Shown: piece after piece, positions 9,562-19,740 of the stretch
How the letters are laid out: the number at the start of each line of letters is the position of its first letter
Numbering within the stretch: position 1 is the first letter of the stretch
Virus record (IMG/VR): IMGVR_UViG_3300033146_000946
Coordinates: 83,062-147,061 of that record
DNA length: 64,000 nt
Source of the DNA: a virus
Direction: 5' to 3' (one strand)
The notes under the pieces: model-generated
Databases searched by the model: none
Told to the model about the DNA's origin: nothing
Seen by the model: only the letters and a program-made list of their open reading frames with translations
Position numbers and translations under genes: made by a program

Positions 9562-10713
9562 ATGAAGATCGTAATTAGAGGATATAAGAACCAAAGTGGA
9601 TTTGGTGTTGCTTTAATTAATTTATTAAAAGTTTTAGATAAATCTAAATATGATTTTAGATTTATCCCATTAAATGCTATACAAGAACAAGATGATTCAT
9701 CATTATCCAATGATACTCAAAACTTTATTAAAAGTATAACAATAAATGAAAATGATTCATTTATTAATGATTCTATATTTATTGATATTGGTTCTTTAAA
9801 TAGAGGTGAAATTTCAATTCGCCCTAAAAATGTAAAAAAATACATTTTATATACTACTACTGAAACAACTAGAATTGATCCATATTATTCAAATATCTTT
9901 AATAAGAAATTCGATGAAATATGGACTGCTAGTAGATTTAATAAAGCAACATTATATTCATCTGGAGTGGAAAAGCCTATTAAAATTTTACCACATGCTA
10001 TTGATACTGATATTTATATTCCTGGTTTACCAGAATATAAGATTACTAATAAAAGGAAATTTAATTTTTTAATTAATATTGATTTTTCTTTTAGAAAAGG
10101 TATACATAAATTATTGCCAGCTTGGTTAGAAGTATTTAATTCTACAGATGATGTTGCATTAATAATGAAATTATCTGAGTTTGATTTTAAAGATTCATCT
10201 AGACCATTAAAAAGTTTAAATAATTTATTATTTCAATTTGAATATACTGAAAAAGATCATGCTCCAATTATAGTTATGAGTGATTTAATTAATGAGAAAT
10301 ATATACCAAATATGTATTCAATTTGTGATGTTTATATTGCTCCAACATTAGGTGAAGGTTTTGGTTTTCCAATAGCTGAAGCTATGTCTTGTGGTAAACC
10401 TACTATTACTAGTGGTTGTTCTGCCCCATTAGATTATGTTACTAATGATAATGGTTTTATTATTGATTTAGATGATACTAAAATGATATCTAAAATAGTA
10501 AACGAAGAAGGTTTATTAATGAGAGATCAAAGATATAAAGATCATTATCTTTATGATATCTCTGTTGAATCTTTATCATATCAATTAGAAGAAGCATATA
10601 ATATGTCAAAAGAAGAATTAATAACTAAAGGAAGTATAGCTCGTAATGATATTATTGATAAATATTCATTACAATCTGTTGTGTCAATATTAACTCAACT
10701 ATTAGAGGAATAA
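9562..10713 (+). CDS. GT-B (GT4-like) glycosyltransferase
   Basis: SGFG, FDEIWTAS, RKG, GEGFGFPIAEAMSCGKP. Confidence 0.9.
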   Translation: MKIVIRGYKNQSGFGVALINLLKVLDKSKYDFRFIPLNAIQEQDDSSLSNDTQNFIKSITINENDSFINDSIFIDIGSLNRGEISIRPKNVKKYILYTTTETTRIDPYYSNIFNKKFDEIWTASRFNKATLYSSGVEKPIKILPHAIDTDIYIPGLPEYKITNKRKFNFLINIDFSFRKGIHKLLPAWLEVFNSTDDVALIMKLSEFDFKDSSRPLKSLNNLLFQFEYTEKDHAPIIVMSDLINEKYIPNMYSICDVYIAPTLGEGFGFPIAEAMSCGKPTITSGCSAPLDYVTNDNGFIIDLDDTKMISKIVNEEGLLMRDQRYKDHYLYDISVESLSYQLEEAYNMSKEELITKGSIARNDIIDKYSLQSVVSILTQLLEE

Positions 10714-10714
10714 A

Positions 10715-11830
10715 ATGAAATTAAATATTATAGGTACTACTGCTAAAGTAGGATTTGGTACTCATTGTAAAGGTATGCTTAAATCACTTGATAATATAGG
10801 TGTCGATATATCTTTTATGCCAATTGGTAATCTTGAAGAAGAAGATTCTGAATTATATAAAAAAATAACATCAAATCAATTCGATCCAGATGGTATATCA
10901 TTATATATATTTCATGATGCATTTTTAACTCAAAGATTTAGTAAAACAGTAATAATGTTTTATGTATTTGAAACAACTATAATTTCTGATCATGTTAAGA
11001 ATAAAATTGAAAATTATGTTGATATTCTTTTTACATCTACTGAAAAACATAAAGATATATTATTAAAAAATGGAATAACTAAACCTATTTATGTTATACA
11101 TGAAGGTATAGATCCAGAATTATTTAATATTAATAATAATAAAAAATTAATTGAAACAAATAATTACACATATTTAATATTAGGTAAAAGTGAAAAACGT
11201 AAAAATACTAATAAAGTATTTGCATCATTCTTTGAAACTATGCAATATGAAAATGTAAGTTTAATAGCTCATACTTATAATCATAGACATGAAGCTAATA
11301 TTATTTATAATTGGTTTGATTTTGATTTAAAAGATTTTGGTTATAGATTAATAGAAGATAATGATTTATATTTGAAATATTATAATTCATTTTCAACAAT
11401 ATATTTAACTAAACCTAAATTAACAGATGAGCAAATGACAGAATTATATAATTCTGCTAATATAGGACTATCTTATAGTTCAGCAGAAGGGTGGGGTTTA
11501 CCTGAAATGGAAATGATGACTTGTGGAAAACCTGTTATAATAACAAATGTTTTAGGTCATAATGAATATATAAATAATATCCCAATTTATAAAGAATTAA
11601 TAATAGAACCAATTGGAACAGAATTGGCTAAAGATATGGTTTATTTTGATGGATCAACTGGATATTGGTCTAAGTTAAATATTTCAGCATTAAAAGAAAA
11701 ATTAATATATACTTATAAACATAATATAGGATCGATAAAATCGGAAATTTTATCAGATTATTTTAAAAATAATTTTAGTTGGCATAATGCCGCAATAACA
11801 TTAAAACAAATACTCACAGAGGAGATTTAA
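10715..11830 (+). CDS. GT-B (GT4-like) glycosyltransferase
   Basis: GFG, GKSEKRKN, AEGWGLPEMEMMTCGKP, FSW. Confidence 0.9.
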   Translation: MKLNIIGTTAKVGFGTHCKGMLKSLDNIGVDISFMPIGNLEEEDSELYKKITSNQFDPDGISLYIFHDAFLTQRFSKTVIMFYVFETTIISDHVKNKIENYVDILFTSTEKHKDILLKNGITKPIYVIHEGIDPELFNINNNKKLIETNNYTYLILGKSEKRKNTNKVFASFFETMQYENVSLIAHTYNHRHEANIIYNWFDFDLKDFGYRLIEDNDLYLKYYNSFSTIYLTKPKLTDEQMTELYNSANIGLSYSSAEGWGLPEMEMMTCGKPVIITNVLGHNEYINNIPIYKELIIEPIGTELAKDMVYFDGSTGYWSKLNISALKEKLIYTYKHNIGSIKSEILSDYFKNNFSWHNAAITLKQILTEEI

Positions 11831-12145
11831 ATGAATGATCTTAATATTGAATTAGTAAAAGTTATCCAAGATAAACATATGGAAGTTAAATATAATGAAA
11901 AGTTTATTGTAATAAATAATAAACGAATACATATTGAGATGCAAGGAAAAATTAATTGTCCAGTATTAAATACTAAAATTTCATCTTTAACATGTAGTAA
12001 ATTTATGGAACAAAAAGGTTGGCCTAGACATATTGATAATCATATTTGTGATAGAGCTAATTGTAAAATTTATAAATCTATACAAAAAAATATGGCAAAT
12101 AGAAATGAAAATAAAACAAGAAAAAATAATAAAGAGACTAGATAA
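11831..12145 (+). CDS. Cys-containing hypothetical protein
   Basis: SD GAGGAG; four Cys. Confidence 0.65.
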   Translation: MNDLNIELVKVIQDKHMEVKYNEKFIVINNKRIHIEMQGKINCPVLNTKISSLTCSKFMEQKGWPRHIDNHICDRANCKIYKSIQKNMANRNENKTRKNNKETR

Positions 12146-12383
12146 AATATTAAAAATATATGATACTAAAGTTGAAATGTTAAATGAGATGCACCAATTA
12201 GGTGCATCTCGACATATTTGTATGATTACTGAATTATTATTATTAAATAAATCATATAAATCAATACAAAAAACTTTATTATTTACAGATAATGCTTTTG
12301 AAATATTAATTGAAGAATTGAATACGTTTTTTATTAATTATAAACAACTTAGAAAACGATATAAAAAATTAAGAGGGTTTTAA
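12105..12383 (+). CDS. Hypothetical protein
   Basis: ORF 12033..12383, ATG at 12105 preferred; ends in the terminator. Confidence 0.55.
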   Translation: MKIKQEKIIKRLDKILKIYDTKVEMLNEMHQLGASRHICMITELLLLNKSYKSIQKTLLFTDNAFEILIEELNTFFINYKQLRKRYKKLRGF

Positions 12384-12398
12384 TAAACCCTCTTTTTA
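12369..12398. terminator. Bidirectional terminator at the strand switch
   Basis: AAGAGGGTTT-loop-AAACCCTCTT hairpin between convergent genes. Confidence 0.8.
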
Positions 12399-12402
12399 AT
12401 TA

Positions 12403-12804
12403 TTATTTAATTTCTACTTTAGTTATATTATCATCATGTTCTTTATTAAATAATGTTATAGATAATATACCATCTTTAAATTCAGATTGAATAGAACTTA
12501 AATCATATTTATCAGATATATTAAATTCTAATCTATAAGATTTGGTGTTTTTATTTTTATCTGGTAAATCTATAACTATCATATTATTATTTTTTATAAC
12601 AAAAACCGATAATAAATCTTTATTAGCTCCAGCAAGATTAATTTTATAATTAATCTTATTATCTTGTTTATCATAATAAACAACATTAGTTTTATAATAT
12701 TTAATACCTTCTTGTGGTATTATACGTATTGTATTTTGTGTATCAGGTTTTTTATCATAGATGTTATAAACATCATTAATAAAATCATACATAGTTCTAA
12801 CCAT
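12403..12804 (-). CDS. Small heat-shock protein (Hsp20/alpha-crystallin)
   Basis: INLAGANKD, IQSEFKDGILSITL, C-terminal KVEIK. Confidence 0.85.
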   Translation of the reverse strand: MVRTMYDFINDVYNIYDKKPDTQNTIRIIPQEGIKYYKTNVVYYDKQDNKINYKINLAGANKDLLSVFVIKNNNMIVIDLPDKNKNTKSYRLEFNISDKYDLSSIQSEFKDGILSITLFNKEHDDNITKVEIK

Positions 12805-12873
12805 TTAAAACTCCTTGGTTAAAAATATCCGAATTAACGGATAAGTGTTATATATTCGCTTAATATATAACAA

Positions 12874-12906
12874 AAAGTATGCCAATCTTTTAAATCAGCA
12901 TACTTT
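12874..12906 (-). terminator. Intrinsic terminator after the sigma gene
   Basis: AAAGTATGC...GCATACTTT hairpin with U tail on minus. Confidence 0.65.
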
Positions 12907-12925
12907 AATAATTGATGTTTAAATT

Positions 12926-13747
12926 TTAATCTATATATGTTTTAACATAATACATTAAATTATTAATAAATTCATCATCTAAATTATAAATATATTTTAA
13001 TTCTTGTAAATCATAAGGTCTATCATACCCTATACCAAATCTCATTTTAATAATATTTAAATATTCTATAGGAATATATTTTAATTCATTTAATATATTT
13101 GTTTGAAATTCTAATAATGCAGCAAATGTATTATCATTAGATAAATCATCTATATTATTAGTTGTGAAACTTGAATCACTCATAGAGTTTAATTCTATTA
13201 ATGTTAATAATTGTATTATAATTTCTCTTTTTAATTCAATATTTCGATTTAATAATACATTTTGAATTTCTTCAACAGTAGGTTCAAAACCATTATTATT
13301 CATTGTCAATTCTTCTTTTATATCTGTTATATGTTTTATAAATCTAGCAATATTTCGATTAACTGATATAACTTTATTTTTCTTAATATAATCTATTAAA
13401 CATTTTTTAACATAATGATATGCGAATGTTGTAAAATTAACACCACGATAAACATCGAATCTATCTATTGCTTCTATTATACCCATTTGTGCTTGTTGAA
13501 ATAAATCATCAATAATATCACTATTATTTAATTTCTTACAATATGTTATTGCATATTTCATAGCAAAACCACCATTAGATAATATTAATATATTTCTCAA
13601 ATTATCATATTCTTCTTGATTATCTGGTAGATTTTCTCGCAATACATGCAATGTTTTAAATCTTTCTAAATTTTCATTTTTAGAAGGAAAAGGATATTTT
13701 TTAATATATCTATTTAATTGTATTTTTAATCGAACGAAACTATCCAT
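12926..13747 (-). CDS. Phage sigma70-family factor
   Basis: Region 2 DDLFQQAQMGIIEAIDRFDVYRGVNFTTFAYHYV, region 3 EPTVEEI, region 4 IIKMRFGI. Confidence 0.92.
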   Translation of the reverse strand: MDSFVRLKIQLNRYIKKYPFPSKNENLERFKTLHVLRENLPDNQEEYDNLRNILILSNGGFAMKYAITYCKKLNNSDIIDDLFQQAQMGIIEAIDRFDVYRGVNFTTFAYHYVKKCLIDYIKKNKVISVNRNIARFIKHITDIKEELTMNNNGFEPTVEEIQNVLLNRNIELKREIIIQLLTLIELNSMSDSSFTTNNIDDLSNDNTFAALLEFQTNILNELKYIPIEYLNIIKMRFGIGYDRPYDLQELKYIYNLDDEFINNLMYYVKTYID

Positions 13748-14103
13748 TAGTTAATCCTTTCAACATAATTAGCATATTTATTATTTCTTTTAAATAAATC
13801 AACTAATTTTTTATTGTTATCAATAAGAAAATCAACTGATGAATAATATGATTCATCTTTTATTTTATAATCCCAAATATATTCTGTTAAACCTACAGAA
13901 TCAATATATCGTTTCATAGTAAGTAGTGATTCAGTTTTAGACCAAACGTTAATAAATTGACCTAAACCTATAAGATATTTAAATTCAGTGGCTAATGCTT
14001 CTGGATTACTATTTTTAATAATTTCGAAATCAATATAAGTTTTAAATTTAATTTGAAATTTATCTAATAATACTTCTTTTTCATCTGTTTTGTTTTCACT
14101 CAT
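13747..14103 (-). CDS. Hypothetical protein
   Basis: 118 aa; TAATG coupling to neighbours. Confidence 0.7.
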   Translation of the reverse strand: MSENKTDEKEVLLDKFQIKFKTYIDFEIIKNSNPEALATEFKYLIGLGQFINVWSKTESLLTMKRYIDSVGLTEYIWDYKIKDESYYSSVDFLIDNNKKLVDLFKRNNKYANYVERIN

Positions 14104-14516
14104 TATCTTCTCCTTGGTCTTTTAAACATAAGAGAACCAGCTCTTAATTTAGATAAAAGATATTTTCCTTTATCTTCCCATTTTTTAATAAGATTTATTA
14201 GACCGTGATATTCTACATGTGTCATCTCACCTTTAGCATTATTACATTTAGAACAACAATAAGCAAGATTAGTTTCAGTAGTATCACCTCCACGAGAAAG
14301 AGGTATTTTATGATCAACAGATAAATTAGTACGAGTTAATTTAACTCCACAATATTCACATTTACCTTTTAATTTTTCTTTAATTATTTCTGCATATTCA
14401 ACACGTTTTGTTAAATAATTATATTTCTTTTTATATTTCTTGTGTCTTCTTTGAAAACCACCGATTAAACAATCAGCTTTCCATTTGAAGTAATCTGTTT
14501 TTTTATTATAAGCCAT
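14103..14516 (-). CDS. HNH endonuclease
   Basis: CEYCG...SVDHKIPLSRGG...NLAYCCSKCNNAKG; start MAYNKK after GGAG. Confidence 0.9.
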   Translation of the reverse strand: MAYNKKTDYFKWKADCLIGGFQRRHKKYKKKYNYLTKRVEYAEIIKEKLKGKCEYCGVKLTRTNLSVDHKIPLSRGGDTTETNLAYCCSKCNNAKGEMTHVEYHGLINLIKKWEDKGKYLLSKLRAGSLMFKRPRRR

Positions 14517-14576
14517 AATAAATCTCCCATGATATATTATATATAATATAACATAATTCACGGGAGATTGCAACAA

Positions 14577-14789
14577 TTAATTTATACAAATCGAATTTAT
14601 TTCTTCTTTAAGATTTTCATTTTCAGGACTTACACTCATAAATTCATGATCTTCATATATTCCGATAGTAGGAGTAAAAAATATTCTATTATATCTATTA
14701 CCTTCTTCATCTTCAGAATAAATAACATCTAGATCTCCAAACTCATTATAAGTTTGTTGTAGTTCATTAATTAATTTAGATAATTTCAT
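14577..14789 (-). CDS. Conserved small phage protein
   Basis: MKLSKLINEL...GDLDV..SEDEEGN; SD AGGAG. Confidence 0.7.
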   Translation of the reverse strand: MKLSKLINELQQTYNEFGDLDVIYSEDEEGNRYNRIFFTPTIGIYEDHEFMSVSPENENLKEEINSICIN

Positions 14790-14790
14790 A

Positions 14791-16212
14791 TTATTCTCCT
14801 TTTAAACCTAAAACCATATTTTGATTATTTATAATATCTTCAAGTGAATCAGCATCAGAATCATCTCTTAAAATTTTATATACTGGATGTAATAAAGAAT
14901 AATTTCCTTCTTTATCTTGTGATAAACCATTACATTTAATTTCAACAATTGAGTTTAATAATTCATCTCGACTATTCCATATTAAATCACGTTTATCATC
15001 TTTTATTCCACTAGCATCTGCTTTTAATAAACCATCAGATGATTCACATTGCAATGAACCTAAAGTGTTAGCGTATTTAGTTCCTTTTTTACCAGGATTA
15101 AATCCTACTATCTTTAAATTTATAGTAAATTCTAATTTCATTTTAATTTGATATACTGGTTTTTTATTTTCCCATATACCTTTTAAAGATTTAACAATTA
15201 CACCTTCTTCACCTTTATTTAAAAGTTCTTTAAAGTAAGTCATTATACCTTTATATGAATGTAAGAATTTATATTCAACTAATCTAATAACATCAGTTAA
15301 AACTGGCATAGATTTTTCTAAAATTTCTAATCGTTTTTTTCTTATTTTTTTCCAAGGCTTATTTTCTTTATAAAATTTATATGGTAAGAAATCCCAAACT
15401 GTAACATAAACTTTGTCAACTATTTTTTCAAAGTCACCATGTTTCTTTTTAAATTTTTCTAAATCTTTTTCAATATTTTCACCAGCTAATTCTTTTTCAG
15501 TTATTTTAATAATACTATTTAATATTCCATTAGCTTCATATCTAGAATAACCTTCTAACATTAATTCACCATTGAATACTATACCATCATCAATATTATT
15601 ATTTTTTGCTAAATATATCGCAGTATATTTAGCAGTATTTATCAATTTTTTATTATTAATAAATGATGGTTTTCCTTGTCTAGATACCATTTCTACAATA
15701 TTATCATGAACAATAATATTAACATATCTACCATCCATTTTAACATCTACTTCAACCATATCATTATCTTTTATAACATTTAATATTTTTTCTTTATCAA
15801 ACGTTACAGCACCCATATATGGTGTAACAGGTATAAGATTAGGAATAGCTTTATTAATAGTTGATATATTACAATCTAATTTTAAATTACGATCTAAAAT
15901 TCTTTTAATAACAACTTCGTCGTCATGATCTAATTTAGCTAACATATATCTAACTTGATCTATTGCTTTATTACCAACATATTTTCTATTAGATATATCT
16001 TCTAATAAATCTAAACCATTTAGTAATTCATATTCACCAGTAGATTTAATATCTATATCAACATCTTTAATTCGATATATATAATTTGGATCATATGCTA
16101 GTTTTAATACTCTAATAAATAATTTATTAGATTTATATTTTTTAATTAATTCTATTTTTTTATTTTTACTATTTTCTTCTGATATAATATTTAATATATC
16201 TAATATATTCAT
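14791..16212 (-). CDS. lig: ATP-dependent DNA ligase (T4-like)
   Basis: KMDGR motif I, SRQGK, FNGEL, EGVIVK, KMK, SLLHP. Confidence 0.93.
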   Translation of the reverse strand: MNILDILNIISEENSKNKKIELIKKYKSNKLFIRVLKLAYDPNYIYRIKDVDIDIKSTGEYELLNGLDLLEDISNRKYVGNKAIDQVRYMLAKLDHDDEVVIKRILDRNLKLDCNISTINKAIPNLIPVTPYMGAVTFDKEKILNVIKDNDMVEVDVKMDGRYVNIIVHDNIVEMVSRQGKPSFINNKKLINTAKYTAIYLAKNNNIDDGIVFNGELMLEGYSRYEANGILNSIIKITEKELAGENIEKDLEKFKKKHGDFEKIVDKVYVTVWDFLPYKFYKENKPWKKIRKKRLEILEKSMPVLTDVIRLVEYKFLHSYKGIMTYFKELLNKGEEGVIVKSLKGIWENKKPVYQIKMKLEFTINLKIVGFNPGKKGTKYANTLGSLQCESSDGLLKADASGIKDDKRDLIWNSRDELLNSIVEIKCNGLSQDKEGNYSLLHPVYKILRDDSDADSLEDIINNQNMVLGLKGE

Positions 16213-16303
16213 TATAAAATCCTTTCAATAAATGCTTTACATTTATTTTTAGTTATATAAATTTTTTTATCATTTTCATTTATTAATATAAACATATAGT
16301 CTC

Positions 16304-17404
16304 CTAAAATTTATCATGAATATGAGTAACACGTACAAATGTAGCACATTTACCAAAGTCTTTTATATCACCAGCACCAATATAGGTTCCAGTAGAACGA
16401 AGTCCACCTAATAAATCTTTTATAATATTATTAACAGATCCTTGATATTGTACAGTTGTTACTATTCCTTCAGATGCACGATAATCTTTTTTACCACCAA
16501 AATGTTGTTCTTGAGCATAATCAGAACTCATACCATAAAATACCATTTTTTGTTCAGTAATAATTTCATTTACCCATTTCCCATCTATCCATGTCATCGT
16601 TGGTAATTTAACATCTTCAGAAGATATTTCACCTTCTTGTTCATCTGTACCAGCAAACATACCACCTAACATTACCATGTCTGCATTAGCACAGAATGCT
16701 TTTGCCACATCACCAGGAGTTCGCATGCCTCCGTCCAATATAATACCCCCACCAAGACCATGGGCAGCATCTGCACATTCAATAGCAGCAGAAAGTTGAG
16801 GATACCCAACTCCAGTTTGTTTACGAGTAGTACATACTGAACCAGGTCCAATTCCAATTTTAACATAATCAGCTCCAGCTATAATTAATTCTTCTGTCAT
16901 TTCAGGTGTTGCAACATTTCCAGCTATAATAACATGATGTGAAAAATGTGATCTGACTTTTTTAACAAAGTCAGCAAAATTTTGAGTATAACCATTAGCT
17001 ATATCAATAACAATTTTAAGATGTTTTAAATCTTTAGAATTATTAGCATATATCTCATGTGCAAAATCACATAATGAATAAAATTCATCATCATTCATTC
17101 CAATTGTATAAAATCCATATTTTAATATATCTGAATTTTTTTTATATTCTTCTAACCATTGTTTATTATTATGTTTAGCAACTGCTACAAACATTTGTTC
17201 TTCTTTAAATGCTTTAACCATGGCAAATGAACCAGTAGCCATATTAGCTGCCATAATTGGTACACCTGAAAATTGATCACCATATTTTGGTTTAAATGTT
17301 TTAATAAGATTAACTTCTTTCCGACTAGATAAAGTTGATCTTTTTGGTTTTATAAGTACATCTGAAAAATCTAATTTTATATCATTTTCAATTATCATAA
17401 TCAA
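16304..17404 (-). CDS. guaC: GMP reductase
   Basis: KLDFSDVLIKPKRSTLSSR, IDIANGY, KIGIGPGSVCTTR, GVGYPQLSA, FYGMSS, YRASEG. Confidence 0.95.
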   Translation of the reverse strand: MIMIIENDIKLDFSDVLIKPKRSTLSSRKEVNLIKTFKPKYGDQFSGVPIMAANMATGSFAMVKAFKEEQMFVAVAKHNNKQWLEEYKKNSDILKYGFYTIGMNDDEFYSLCDFAHEIYANNSKDLKHLKIVIDIANGYTQNFADFVKKVRSHFSHHVIIAGNVATPEMTEELIIAGADYVKIGIGPGSVCTTRKQTGVGYPQLSAAIECADAAHGLGGGIILDGGMRTPGDVAKAFCANADMVMLGGMFAGTDEQEGEISSEDVKLPTMTWIDGKWVNEIITEQKMVFYGMSSDYAQEQHFGGKKDYRASEGIVTTVQYQGSVNNIIKDLLGGLRSTGTYIGAGDIKDFGKCATFVRVTHIHDKF

Positions 17405-17407
17405 TCC

Positions 17408-17635
17408 TTAATCGTTAAATTTATGAAATTCTTCTGTTGGCATCATTAAACAATCTTCTGAGTTTTCTGATATAAAAATAGTAGTACCTATTCTTAAATC
17501 TCTTTTTTCTGGTAAAAACTCACAACCATATTCAGTTAACCATTTAATTATATCTTCATAATTACTTGTATCTGTAACATCATGATAATATAATTTTAAT
17601 CCAAATGCATTAACTAATTTAAATATTTTACTCAT
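17408..17635 (-). CDS. Hypothetical protein
   Basis: ORF 17408..17692; likely start MSKIFK after GAGGAG. Confidence 0.6.
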   Translation of the reverse strand: MSKIFKLVNAFGLKLYYHDVTDTSNYEDIIKWLTEYGCEFLPEKRDLRIGTTIFISENSEDCLMMPTEEFHKFND

Positions 17636-17909
17636 CAAGCTCCTCATATGTTTTAAAAAAGATATCAGGTTTACATGCATAAAATTCACCATTTATACCT
17701 TTAATAATATAATCATTTTCAGTTGCTTTCATTGGGCCTTCTAAAGTATCTATAGTACATATTGCTAAACAATTTATACATTTAGGTATTAATAATGTAT
17801 GAGCTACATTATTAGTAAATGTTTTTATTTCATTCCAATTATCTCTAGTAAATTGAACTGCTTCAATTTTAATCGGTTTCTTCTGATAATGTTTTATCAT
17901 ATTCTTCAT
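17628..17909 (-). CDS. Conserved phage protein (KKP..IEAVQ / TLEG / CKPDIF family)
   Basis: YQKKPIKIEAVQF, IDTLEG, DYIIKGINGEFYACKPDIFFKTY. Confidence 0.85.
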   Translation of the reverse strand: MKNMIKHYQKKPIKIEAVQFTRDNWNEIKTFTNNVAHTLLIPKCINCLAICTIDTLEGPMKATENDYIIKGINGEFYACKPDIFFKTYEELDE

Positions 17910-18011
17910 CCAATCGTTGATGATAACCTAATAATATACCAAATGAAAATCCAATAGAAATACCTATTAATAGACATCCAATAATTATTCCAGGTAATAG
18001 TATATTCATAA

Positions 18012-18269
18012 TTATTTCCTTATCATTTTATCTATTTCATCCATCATTTTATTATAATTTTCGACATCATGTGGAAATGTACATGAACTACAATCTTTAT
18101 AACCAGATGGAAGATATTTTGCATCACCATTTAAAATTCCAGGACAATCTGTTTTAGTTTGTAATGGACAATAACAAAATAAACAATTTAAAACCTTACC
18201 ATTCATATCATGACAAGGATAATATTCGCAATTTTTATTAGTAAAAAATTGATAATGTTTTACTATCAT
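18012..18269 (-). CDS. Cysteine-rich small domain protein
   Basis: NKNCEYYPCH...NCLFCYCPL...KDCSSCTFPH. Confidence 0.8.
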   Translation of the reverse strand: MIVKHYQFFTNKNCEYYPCHDMNGKVLNCLFCYCPLQTKTDCPGILNGDAKYLPSGYKDCSSCTFPHDVENYNKMMDEIDKMIRK

Positions 18270-18527
18270 AATATATTAGTCCCAGTTATTATAGTATAGA
18301 CTGTGACCCAATTGATAAGATTTAATGGTGGAACTTTTTTAGTTTTATTATAATATTCACAACATTCTTGAGGTGTCATATTTATACCTCATCATTTAAT
18401 GTTATTACTATATCTTTATTAAAATATATTTTAGTTAATCTTTTAATTTCAGTAATATCCATATTATAAATATCACCAAAAGAAAATCCAGATTTTTCTG
18501 CTAATAATATACAAAATTCTTCTACAT

Positions 18528-18749
18528 TCATAGTATATCCTTTATATTTTGTTCAAATTTCATATCACATTTACAGCAATGATAATATATTTTTTTATTA
18601 CATTTATGTACTATTCTAATTTGATGTTTATGTTCTTTATTTTTCCAATATTCAAATTTTTTCATTTCATCAGATGTAAATGATTCTTCAAAATATCCTC
18701 TACCTTCTGTTCTACAATAACAAGGATATAAAGATAATTGTTTACTCAT
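18528..18749 (-). CDS. Small Cys/His-rich protein
   Basis: 73 aa, CCKC; N-terminal QLSLY. Confidence 0.55.
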   Translation of the reverse strand: MSKQLSLYPCYCRTEGRGYFEESFTSDEMKKFEYWKNKEHKHQIRIVHKCNKKIYYHCCKCDMKFEQNIKDIL

Positions 18750-18774
18750 ATATATTCCTTATTTTACATTCATA

Positions 18775-18799
18775 AAAATAGGGAGGATTACTCCTCCCA
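18775..18799 (-). terminator. Intrinsic terminator after nrdJ
   Basis: GGGAGG/CCTCCC hairpin with U tail on minus. Confidence 0.8.
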
Positions 18800-18804
18800 T
18801 TTAT

Positions 18805-19740
18805 TTAAATTGAACTAACTTCACAAGCTCCGCCTGAGCAAGCAAGTTCACCACTTAAATCGGTATTATCTTGTGTTTCAATTATATCATTAATATTAAA
18901 ATCCTTAATAGCATTATTTAATTTAGAAATTAAATCAGCATATTTAGCTTTTGATATATCTTCAAATGGCATTTGTGGATAAGTACCACCATCTAAAGGA
19001 AGAACTGAAATACCATGATAATGTTTTCTATTTTCCCACATCCAATTACCAACTTCTTCCCATTGATTTTTATCAATAGAAACAGTAACTGAAACATTAT
19101 GAGTATTAGCACCTTCTTTATGACCAGCTTTAATCCATTTATCGTGTACTAATTTAGTTCGTTCTAAAAGATCAATTGGACTTTCATTTCTAAAAATAGC
19201 ACCTTCAGGAGCAGCAATTGGTACTGTTAATACTGCTGTTGTATTAGGTGAGAAATAATCATCTTCTAAAAATTCTTTTGGAAGTAATTCAGAAAGATAT
19301 TTATAAATTGCTTCATCTTTATTAATTCGCATACGACGCACATAATAAGGAGCATGCCATGCATGTATACCAGATGAAGTTTTACCAACTAAACTAGCAG
19401 TTCCACTAGGTTTTACTGTTGTTATTCTTTTACCTGTATTAATACTAATTAATTCAGCAATTCTTTCATTTTCTTTTACAGCTTCTTTACCAGCTTCTTC
19501 CATATCTAATTTAAGTACATCACCAGAAGCAATACCTGTCATCGAAACACCTAATAAGGCATCATTATCAGCATTTTCTTTCCAATCAGATCTTAGATAA
19601 TGAAAGTTAGTATAACCAGCTTGCAATGTACCTAAAAATGCAGCAGCACGAGCTCTAGCATTATATTCTTCTTGAGAATCAATTCCAGATGCGATAATTT
19701 CTGTCAAATTACAATATCCTTTTGATTGTAAACTTATTTC
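18805..19740 (-). CDS. nrdJ: Class II (B12-dependent) ribonucleotide reductase, exon 2
   Basis: Frame opens EISLQSKGYCNLTEI; TTVKPSGTASL; C-terminal ELACSGGACEV. Confidence 0.92.
   Translation of the reverse strand, partial: EISLQSKGYCNLTEIIASGIDSQEEYNARARAAAFLGTLQAGYTNFHYLRSDWKENADNDALLGVSMTGIASGDVLKLDMEEAGKEAVKENERIAELISINTGKRITTVKPSGTASLVGKTSSGIHAWHAPYYVRRMRINKDEAIYKYLSELLPKEFLEDDYFSPNTTAVLTVPIAAPEGAIFRNESPIDLLERTKLVHDKWIKAGHKEGANTHNVSVTVSIDKNQWEEVGNWMWENRKHYHGISVLPLDGGTYPQMPFEDISKAKYADLISKLNNAIKDFNINDIIETQDNTDLSGELACSGGACEVSSI

Noticed and set aside
12869-12885. Sigma54 promoter for hsp20 (TTGGCATACTTTTTGTT)
   Set aside because: The -12 element is GT rather than GC and the sequence is one arm of the terminator hairpin; not excluded but unsupported
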